From Macrostomum lignano (lineage: Eukaryota): a stretch of DNA of 64,000 nt. Shown piece by piece: positions 55,301 through 64,000 of this stretch. The notes beneath the pieces are model-generated. The model did no database searches. It was not told where the DNA came from and saw only the letters and a list, made by a program, of their open reading frames with translations. Within the stretch, counting starts at the first letter, position 1. Each line of letters begins with the position of its first letter. The stretch lies in assembly GCA_002269645.1 (NCBI GenBank), contig NIVC01000001.1:1116001-1180000 (forward strand), given 5' to 3'. Position numbers and translations under genes: made by a program.

Positions 55301-57018
55301 TACTAGGATAATCTACCCTACTCTAATGGGATTATTTACCCTACTCTAATGGGATTATCTACCCTACTCTAATGGGATAAACTACCTTACTATAATGGGA
55401 TTATCTACCCTACTCTAATGGGATAAACTACCTTACTATAATGGGATTATCTACCCTACTCTAATGGGATAGATATCTACCCTACTCTACTGGGATAATC
55501 TACCCTACTCTACTCAGATAATCGTCTTAATCTACTGAGATAATCACCGCCCATCCGTGACTGCTTTCGTATCCAGCCATCGCAGCAAGAATCGAACCCC
55601 TCCACTGAACCTCATCTCGCACAGGCGCGTACAGCGGAAGTTGAAGCCGAGCGCTCCGAACTGGCCTCGGCCGCCGCCTCAGGGCAAGCCATCGACAACA
55701 AGCGATTAGTGGCCCTAGTCGAAGAGAAAGACGCCCTACTAAGGCTGGAGTTTGAGCTCGCCTGCGAATTAAAAGAGCTGGAATTATTGGAGTTGGAAGA
55801 GAAGTTGCTGGATTGCTTCCGCAGGCTGATGTCGCTGCCGCAGTCGGAGCGCACCGATCATCACGACGCTCTGGAGCGGGGCATTGTTCGGATGCGGCTC
55901 GATGTCACCTGCGAGCGGGATCGGCTGGTTGCCGAGTTGGAGGACCTCAGGCTCAGGTGAGCTATCAAACTCCCCAGCTCCCCAGTTTCCGTGTGGGGAT
56001 CGGCTATCATCCCTTCCCCATCCCCAGTTCCCGTGTGAGGATCGGCTATCATCCCTTCCCCATCCCCAGTTCCCGTGTGAGGATCGGCTATCATCCCTTC
56101 CCCATCCCCAGTTCCCGTGTGAGGATCGGCTATCATCCCTTCCCCATCCCCAGTTCCCGTGTGGGGATCGGCTATCATCCCTTCCCCATCCCCAGTTCCC
56201 GTGTGGGGATCGGCTATCATCCCTTCCCCATCCCCAGTTCCCGTGTGGTGATCGGCTATCATCCCTTCCCCATCCCCAGTTCCCGTGTGGGGATCGGCTA
56301 TCATCCCTTCCCCATCCCCAGTTCCCGAGTGGGGATCGGCTATCATCCCTTCCCCATCCCCAGTTCCCGAGTGGGGATCGGCTATCATCCCTTCCCCATC
56401 CCCAGTTCCCGAGTGGGGATCGGCTATCATCCCTTCCCCATCCCCAGTTCCCGAGTGGGGATCGGCTATCATCCCTTCCCCATCCCCAGTTCCCGTGTGG
56501 GGATCGGCTATTCCCTTCCCCATCCCCAGTTCCCGTGTGAGGATCGGCTATCATCCCTTCCCCATCCCCAGTTCCCGTGTGGGGATCGGCTATCATCCCT
56601 TCCCCATCCCCAGTTCCCGAGTGGGGATCGGCTATCATCCCTTCCCCATCCCCAGTTCCCGAGTGGGGATCGGCTATCATCCCTTCCCCATCCCCAGTTC
56701 CCGTGGGGGGATCGGCTATTATCCCTTCCCCATCCCCAGTTCCCGTGGGGGGATCGGCTATTATCCCCTTCCCCATACCCTGTTCCCGTGTGGGGATCGG
56801 CTATCATCCCTTCCCCATCCCCTGTTCCCGTGGAGGGATCGGCTTCCCTAACGTGCTCCCCACAATGGCCACCATCACTCGGCAGGGAGGCGGACGCTGA
56901 CGCGGCCAAGGCGGACATTCTTCGCCGCAAAGGCGTGCTGCCCGAGCCCGGAGATCAGGCTGGCGCCACCGCGGACCTCATCAGGCAGGGCGCATCCAGG
57001 GAGTCCCAGCTGATCTGA
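40302..57018 (+). CDS. MICAL: MICAL, F-actin methionine monooxygenase (FAD monooxygenase-CH-LIM-bMERB), ~2030 aa, 8 exons
   Basis: Exons 40302-40945, 41896-42712, 43283-43462, 43588-45119, 48854-49461, 53196-55038, 55625(or 55577)-55956, 56886-57018. GT-AG and phase-compatible if one extra nt is present near 53458. Motifs: [67 protein letters not shown]..CPSH; bMERB LVEEKDALLRLE...ERDRLVAELEDLRLRE. Confidence 0.93.
41045..41795. repeat. 24/26-bp intronic minisatellite (GAGAGTCGCCCTCAAGATGTAATT)
   Basis: MICAL intron 1; direct inspection. Confidence 0.95.
42745..43100. repeat. 17-bp intronic minisatellite (CTGGGATACCTGTTCAA)
   Basis: MICAL intron 2; direct inspection. Confidence 0.93.
45197..46655. 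repeat. 26-bp polypyrimidine minisatellite (CTCATCCCTTTCACTCTCAGCCTCTT), ~56 copies
   Basis: MICAL intron 4; the 503-aa ORF is its translation. Confidence 0.97.
48062..48810. repeat. 23-bp intronic minisatellite (CAGGTCAAGTGAGGTTCAGGCAA), ~32 copies
   Basis: MICAL intron 4, 3' end; direct inspection. Confidence 0.96.
49560..50400. repeat. 31-bp intronic minisatellite (TATATTGACATGATCATAGAGTGACTCACAT)
   Basis: MICAL intron 5; direct inspection. Confidence 0.95.
51356..51880. repeat. 28-bp intronic minisatellite (CTGGGCCAGCCTCCCAGATCCTCAGTTG)
   Basis: MICAL intron 5; direct inspection. Confidence 0.95.
52359..52964. mobile_element. MITE-like element: 13-bp inverted repeats enclosing a 24-bp array (GGTCACATTACAGTCACACTTGAC)
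   Basis: CGGTCACATTTTT (52359-52371) and AAAAATGTGACCG (52952-52964; also 52488-52500); array at ~52540-52920. No TSD identified. Confidence 0.55.
55165..55520. repeat. 23-bp intronic minisatellite (ATAATCTACCCTACTCTACTGGG)
   Basis: MICAL intron 6; direct inspection. Confidence 0.92.
55975..56845. repeat. 42-bp intronic minisatellite (GGGGATCGGCTATCATCCCTTCCCCATCCCCAGTTCCCGTGT), ~20 copies
   Basis: MICAL intron 7; 14-aa periodic pseudo-ORFs. Confidence 0.97.
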
Positions 57019-57337
57019 CTGTGGCTTCTGTTAGATTTTGTGTCTTCGTTGGCATAGCAACGCACGGCGCCTAATGCTGCTTTTGTCAGTTTTTTATTCT
57101 CCCGTGCTTCTGAATATAAAATTAATGAATATGGATTGAAGTGCACCATTGTGTTACAGCAGCTGTTGCGTTCTGCCTGACTATGCGTTACCTTTATACG
57201 AATTATTTTTCTTACTTTACCTACTAATACTATCCTATACTGCTTCTCTCCGCTACTACTACTAGTACTAGTTAAGCGTTTTAAAACTATTTTGTACGTA
57301 AAATTGTACCCTCTATAGAAAAAAGTGGCTAATTATT

Positions 57338-57343
57338 AATAAA
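57338..57343 (+). promoter_or_regulatory. candidate MICAL polyadenylation signal
   Basis: AATAAA ~320 nt after the stop codon. Confidence 0.35.
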
Positions 57344-57881
57344 ATGGAATATTCTAATTTTATTAATTGTATTACGCAACCAATTAGTGAGTGCACTGGA
57401 TCTCTAGTCTGCCACCCCGTGGCCCCGTTTGTCTACTGTTATTGATGGAATTGTTAAATTAAAAGTCAATTATTTTAGTCTTTTTAGCTACCAACTCTTT
57501 GCCCGCGCTCTGCTTTCACCTGCGCCCCGAGTCTGCCTGCTAATATATAGTAATATTAGTAATTTATTATCACCGATGTGTGTTGTATATAATACTACTT
57601 ATTGCTAACGGCAGTAGTATAGCGCGCTGTATTAATTTATTAAATTAGAGAACAGTAAAACGAAGAGAATGATTTGACCAAACCAAAACTGCTTTTGCTG
57701 CGCTCTATTGCTCATTGGCTTGCTGAGTAGTTTTTTTTTTACAAAAAATAGTATTGCATCGCATGGGTCTGCGAGTTTTTAAATTAATAATTAGCTTCCA
57801 TTTTGGCAACTCGATTCAGAAACCCGTCTTCAGCTGATCTTTCAGTCTTGGCTTTCATAGACTACTGTCTTTGCCTTTGCT

Positions 57882-57942
57882 CTGTCTGTCTGTCTGTCTG
57901 TCTGCCTGTCTGCCTGTCTGTCGGTCTGTCTGTCTGTCTGCC

Positions 57943-58030
<88 letters not shown>
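57882..58030. repeat. (CTGT)n microsatellite
   Basis: Direct inspection. Confidence 0.95.
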
Positions 58031-58031
<1 letters not shown>

Positions 58032-58974
58032 TAGTGTCTTAGTGTCTTAGTGTCTGTCTGTTGTCACTTCGATCTGCAGCAAATTCTATCTAACGAAACC
58101 TTGGCTTACCGTCTATCTTCCTGTGTGATTCAATAAAACGTATTAACTGTACATTACGAGTTGAAATATGAATTATTTTGCTTTCAATGCTGAGCATCTT
58201 CGCTAAAATTCAAATTAGCAAATTTCCCGCTCTCAATTGCAATAATACCGAATTTCACACTTGTCCATGTAGCTGCAAAATCTACCCGAAACTCCTTCGA
58301 TATTACTTACAATTGGTGAGTAGTTATGCAAGTTTATTACTTACACTCACACTGTATAATGCTGCTGGCTTTGCTTGAATCATCTAATTATCAGTGATTC
58401 GGTGTCTTTAAAAGTACAAAGCAAACTTTTAGACCTGTCGGCAACGCGCACGTCATTTCCTTTTTTTCCCGTCTTTGCATAGGAAATTTGTACTTTTGCC
58501 TTACCTCCCCTGGAGTTTTAATTTCGAATCGCTAGCCGTTTGCAGTTTCTTTCGCATCATATGTACTTTTCATTTTTCTCTTTTGCTTCTCAACCCGAGT
58601 CCATCCGATTAAGTTTCTCCCACCCCAAGTTTTTGTTTGTTTTATCTGGTCTGGTATGAATAAATTATGATCTACTGTAGGCAGAATTTCCTGATTCTGA
58701 TTTTTTATAGCCTATCTAGCGCTTCTCCTTGGGGGGTCAATCTTTTTAGAAAATTGGATTGGATTTCTTTCTACACGTTAAATAAATATGATACTAATAT
58801 ATTTATATATTTATACAATTATTTATGCCTACTATGCATGCATCTTTCAGTAAAGAAATCATAAATGCAATTTTTTGCTAAACTTGTCATTCTGCTCGCC
58901 GCTCCTCAATATTGCACCCGGTTTTGTCTTCACTTCTTTTTCGCACCAAGGAGTAGGGACTCTATAATCAGATT

Positions 58975-59240
58975 GCCCTCTGGCCAGTGATAGATTGGAT
59001 GAGAAATACCCCGTACCTGTAATTAATACCCCCTCTGGCCAGTGATAGATTCGGTGAGAAATACCCTCTCTAGCCAGTGATAGATTCGGTGAGAAATACC
59101 CTCTCTAGCCAGTCATAGATTCGGTGAGAAATACCCTCTCTAGCCAGTCATAGATTCGGTGAGAAATACCCTCTCTAGCCAGTCATAGATTCGGTGAGAA
59201 ATACCCTCTCTAGCTAGTGATAGATTCGGTGGGAAATACC
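58975..59240. repeat. 35-bp minisatellite (CTAGCCAGTGATAGATTCGGTGAGAAATACCCTCT), ~7 copies
   Basis: Direct inspection; ~250 bp upstream of the PH-gene ATG. Confidence 0.9.
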
Positions 59241-59485
59241 TTTCAGCAAGGGATAGAGTTGAGGAAAACCATCCCTTTGTTATAATAAAAAGTGATAAGA
59301 ACTTCCCCCTCAAGAAAGTGAAAGATCGTTGACAAATACAGCGGTGAATAATGAGTGAATCTCTTTTTGTTTGTTATTTGTTTTATACTTGACTACAAAA
59401 CATTTCAGTTTACAAAATCGGTCATAAGTACGCGCATCGCGGAACTGCAAACTGCTCGTACTGTCTTCCAATCTGATCAGCAATA

Positions 59486-62400
59486 ATGAGCAATTTTAAT
59501 CCACTTCTCACTATGGAGGCGTGCGTGTATGTTAGTAAGTTTTAATGTCTAATTTCTGTTATAGTAGCATACGCTCGTATATATCACTGTAAAAGTATTC
59601 TCTACATCATGTACTATTCACACCCACTATCACCCTATCCGCCTTATTACACACAAAACTCCATCGCTCCCATCACCTTGACAGACACACCACCCCATCG
59701 CACCCACCACCCTATCGCACCCACCACCCTATCGCACCCACCACCCCATCACACCCACCACCCCATCACACCCACCACCCCATCACACCCACCACCCCAT
59801 CACACCCACCACCCTATCAAACCCACCACCCCATCGCACCCACCACCCCATCAAACCCACTACCCCAACGCACTTACCACCCCATCACACCCACCACCCC
59901 ATCGCACCCACCACCCCATCACACCCACCACCCCATCGCACCCACCACCCCATCACACCCACCACCCCATCGCACCCACCACCCCATCGCACCCACCACC
60001 CCATCGCACCCACCACCCCATCAAACCCACTACCCCAACGCACTCACCACCCCATCGCACCCACCACCCCATCAAACCCACTACCCCAACGCACCCACCA
60101 CCCCATCACACCCACCAACCCATCGCACCCACCACACCATCACACCCACCACCCCATCACACCCACCACCCCATCAAACCCACCACCCCATCAAACCCAC
60201 CAACCCATCGCACCCACCACCCCATCAAACCCACCACCCCATCAAACCCACCAACCCATCGCACCCACCACCCCATCAAACCCACCACCCCATCAAACCC
60301 ACTACCCCATCACACCCACCACCCCATCACACCCACCACCCCATCAAACCCACCACCCCATCACACCCACCACCCCATCAAACCCACCACCCCATCAAAC
60401 CCACCACCCCATCGCACCCACCACCCCATTAAACCCACCACCCCATCAAACCCACCACCCCATCGCACCCACCACCCCATCAAACCCACCACCCCATCAA
60501 ACCCACCAACCCATCGCACCCACCACCCCATCACACCCACCACCCCATCACACCCACCACCCCATCGCACCCACCACCCCATCACACCCACCACCCCATC
60601 GCACCCACCACCCCATCGCACCCACCACCCCATCGCACCCACCACCCCATCAAACCCACTACCCCAACGCACTCACCACCCCATCGCACCCACCACCCCA
60701 TCAAACCCACTACCCCAACGCACCCACCACCCCATCACACCCACCAACCCATCGCACCCACCACACCATCACACCCACCACCCCATCACACCCACCACCC
60801 CATCAAACCCACCACCCCATCAAACCCACCAACCCATCGCACCCACCACCCCATCAAACCCACCACCCCATCAAACCCACCAACCCATCGCACCCACCAC
60901 CCATCAAACCCACCACCCCATCAAACCCACTACCCCATCACACCCACCACCCCATCACACCCACCACCCCATCAAACCCACCACCCCATCACACCCACCA
61001 CCCCATCAAACCCACCACCCCATCAAACCCACCACCCCATCGCACCCACCACCCCATTAAACCCACCACCCCATCGCACCCACCACCCCATCAAACCCAC
61101 CACCCCACATCGCCCATAGTTTCGCTAAAAAGCGCCCTAAAAACCCTCATTCCAGAATCGTCAATCCCGTCCATGTCAAAGTGGAAAGATGTCTGCCTTG
61201 TGCTGATGCCCGACAGCACGCTTGGCTGGTACAAAATCAATAGGAAACTTATTGGCAGCGTGAAACTATCGGTATGAGGCCGCCATTCTGGTTGCTTATT
61301 GTAATGCATGTGCTCTATTTTTAATTTATTGTTACAATGCTCAACGATTTGCAATGTTCCAGTCAGTGTGCAAGTACCTATGCGTTGGCCACATGGCTAA
61401 GGCGATTACTAAAGCGCCGAAATTGCCCCGCGACGCCGATCTGAACCAGCTGCTAGGCGTGCCAATCATGTGCGAACCTGTGCCGGATAAGATGCACTGG
61501 TTCTGCTTCGATCATGTCAAGCATCTCATGTAAGTTTGGACTGCTTTCCCGCTGTATTGAGTGTCACATTCCGTCTGTGCCTATTCACCATGCTGGAAAA
61601 TCACAATTTCTTTTTTAAGAAATCCCAATCATTCTGAAAAATTCCAATCATTCTGAAAAATCCCAATCATTCTGAAAAATCCCAATCTTCATTCTGAAAA
61701 ATCCCAATCATTCTGAAAAATCCCAATCTTCATTCTGAAAAATCCCAATCATTCTGAAAAATCCCAATCTTCATTCTGAAAAATCCCAATCATTCTGAAA
61801 AATCCCAATCTTCATTCTGAAAAATCCCAATCATTCTAAAAAATCCTAATCCCAATTCTCAAAAATCATCAACCGTCTCATTAACACACGGATTTATTTT
61901 TCCCCAATGCTTACTCCACAGCAAGTTCCTGCAAGCCCTGGACACAGTTTTAAAGCCGTCCGCGCCTTCAAAACATGCCGTGGCCGAGAAGTTGGCAGCA
62001 GAGCCGTCCGCTCCGCCTGCGCCTCCGCCAGCCTACGACGAAGCGACATCGGCGAGCACGGAGGAAACCGCGCCAGCAGCAGCCAATCAGGACAGTGATC
62101 GGCGGAAAGCGTTGCTAACTGCCGGCGGTCTCCTAGCAACCGGCCTGTTGCTAGGGCCAGACTCCGGCTGGTCTTGGGGCTACGGCTGGGGCGGCTCCGG
62201 CGCGGTCAGCGGCCCGGTGTTCCAGGATATCGACGAGCGCGAACTGCTGGCCTACTGCCTGCCGGCCAGAGGCCTGCGCGGCATAGCGGGCCCGGCCGGT
62301 TGCGGCAACCGGGGCAGCATGAGTCACCGCTACAACCGGGCCTATCAGAGGTTCAATAGCGATTTGGGCAACGATTTGGATCGCTGGGAAGAGGACCAGG

Positions 62401-63876
62401 TGAATAAATTAGTATATAGACTAGCGCACTAAGCCACCCCCATGGGGGCTTAGTAATATTTGATCCAGCAGTTCCAAAACGATTTTCTCATCGCTAGATT
62501 TTTTGTATTATTTCGACACATATCGGCTTTATTTCTCTAGTTTCATATTTTTTATTCATATCGGCTTAAAAATTTCTCTAGTTTCATACTTTTCGATACA
62601 TATCGGCTTTCTTTCTCTAGTTTCATACTTTTCGATACATATCGGCTTTCTTTCTCTAGTTTCATACTTTTCGATACATATCGGCCTAATTTCTCGGCCA
62701 GACGGTTCTCGAAAAAAACCCAGACAGACAGTCAGACAGACAAAAATCGCAAAAGTAGTATATAGATATATCATTATATCTGCAAGTTAAGCGGAATCGG
62801 CTGTGGTTAGTAATATAATTTCTGGGGCTGTGGGCACCCTGGCGCAACGCCATTGGCGAAATCGTCCCACACCCAATTGCTGACTCCTGAGCACATACAT
62901 GTACAAGTGCGCGCGGATCTGTACGCTGGCGCGCACTCATACACACGCTCCCACAGCGTGTACAGCGGCCCTGTACTCTCAATTATTCAAGTAATTGATA
63001 GGTCAGTATAGAAATCAATCATTTATCAATCACACTGAGTCCACCAATCAGCAAGTCAACTCCGAATACCCGTTGGCGCAGGACCGACGCGCTGCCCGGC
63101 GTCGTTCCGACGCCGCTGCCGACGAAGCCGGCCGGGCCACCACCGCCGAGGAGCTCGGCGCTTCCCTGGCCGTCGTTTCGGCAGCTGCCGCCGCCGCCGC
63201 CGGGGCTGAGTACTGCGCCAGCAGCCTGCAAGACTTCTACGATATTGGCGACATCCATGGAGGCTACGGCGTCAACGAACTGGGCGACGCGTCCAACACG
63301 GCGATGCTGATGGCTGCTGCTGCGGCAGCTGACGATGAAGATCAATTCGGACACGAACTGTCGAGTTCGCGCATCGCCGGCGGCTGTTGCCCGGACACGG
63401 AGGCCACCTTCGTTAGCGACGACGCTGCGATGTCGGTGGCGGCGACTGCTGCAGACGTCGATGTCGATGACGCGCTGACAACCGCGGCCCTGATGGCGGC
63501 CGACGAGGATCTTCGCAACGAGCTGGTCTGCAAGGAACTTGACGACCTCCATCTGGCCGCCGTCGACGACATCGACGCTATCGGCGGCCGTGGCGCTGAT
63601 CGGGACGCCGACGACACCGACGACTTGCACCTGCTGTACTCGGAGCACCTGGACGCCAGCGACGGCCACTGCCAGGGTGAGTGTGGCGGCGACCCCTACG
63701 ACTGTCGGGACGCTGCCGCCGAATTCGAGGATCTGCTGCGCGACGAAGAGGACGAATTGGCGGCCGAGAAGCTGGAGGACGAGGTTGACTACTATGACGA
63801 CAGGTACGGCGACGACTACGGCCACGGCGACGACGGATTTGGCGGTGACGATTTTGGACGAGATGACGACTTTTAA
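59486..63876 (+). CDS. PH-domain protein, evectin/PLEKHB-like, with PPxY motif, Gly/Trp hydrophobic segment and long acidic tail (~544 aa, 5 exons)
   Basis: Exons 59486-59534, 61156-61271, 61363-61529, 61922-62399, 63052-63876; GT-AG, phases compatible, 1635 nt. PH domain: LLTMEACVYVK..SKWKDVCLVLMPDSTLGWY..GSVKL..YLCVG..KMHWFCF. Also PPPAY, ATGLLLG..WSWGYGWG and a D/E-rich C-terminus ending DDFGRDDDF. Confidence 0.75.
59690..61106. repeat. 17-bp C-rich intronic minisatellite (ACCACCCCATCACACCC)
   Basis: PH gene intron 1; the 483-aa His/Pro/Thr ORF is its translation. Confidence 0.95.
61618..61850. repeat. 19/22-bp intronic minisatellite (AAAAATCCCAATCATTCTG)
   Basis: PH gene intron 3; direct inspection. 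Confidence 0.92.
62421..62766 (-). mobile_element. complete 346-bp non-autonomous Helitron with internal 39-bp tandem repeat
   Basis: Minus strand: A^TCTATATACTAC...TGTCTGTCTGACTGTCTGTC...CGAGAACCGTCTGGCCGA 5' end. 3' hairpin ACTAAGCC-CCCATGGGGGT-GGCTTAGT, then GCG-CTAG^T. Inserted between A and T. The 39-bp repeat spans ~62510-62690. Confidence 0.85.
62830..62975 (-). mobile_element. 5'-truncated diverged copy of the 38883 SINE
   Basis: Reverse complement contains AGGGCCGCTGTACAC (15/15) and TTGCGCCAGGGTGCCCACA (18/19), matching the 38883 copy. Confidence 0.75.
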
Positions 63877-64000
63877 TTGACAGCGACAGCAGTTTTGAAG
63901 CTCTGGAACTGATTAAACATCTTAACTAATTGGGGTTCATCAACGTTCTCTGCAAATTTGCACTACTGGTTTGCATGGTGTTGATGGCTACTACGGCCTT

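Noticed and set aside
57403-57425. Possible minus-strand Helitron 3' end (GCCAC-GGG-GTGGC near CTAG)
   Set aside because: Short stem, CTAG not followed by T, and no matching 5' end found.
59609-61060. 483-aa extensin-like His/Pro/Thr ORF
   Set aside because: Translation of the 17-bp array; it lies inside the phase-compatible intron 1 of the PH gene.
43531-63825. Numerous antisense and alternative-frame ORFs over GC-rich exons (e.g. 43531-44247, 53699-55149, 63019-63825)
   Set aside because: Shadows of the GC3-rich MICAL and PH-gene exons.

Overview
Eukaryotic, intron-rich, very repeat-dense animal DNA. TTAGGG repeats, poly-Ala/Gln exons and minisatellite-filled introns suggest a flatworm such as Macrostomum (inference only). 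Three spliced genes can be reconstructed with GT-AG sites and consistent phases: a ZC3H4/ZC3H6/Su(s)-family triple-CCCH zinc-finger gene (minus, 13122-20085), a full-length MICAL (monooxygenase-CH-LIM-bMERB; plus, 40302-57018, with one apparent 1-nt frameshift), and an evectin/PLEKHB-like PH-domain gene (plus, 59486-63876). The rest is decayed TEs (LOA-like LINE, Ingi/I-like LINE, Ty3/gypsy relic, hAT relic), two tRNA-derived SINE families, a MITE with an 8-bp TSD, about 20 unrelated tandem arrays, and Helitron-type elements. The most striking structure is a pair of large non-autonomous Helitron-like elements (25666-30032 and 30815-38615). Each carries tRNA-like Pol III cassettes heading satellite arrays, (TTAGGG)n at a homologous internal site, and serial degenerate copies of its own 3' terminator. 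No CRISPR, rRNA or convincing functional tRNA gene was found. All calls come from reading the sequence; no database search was run.
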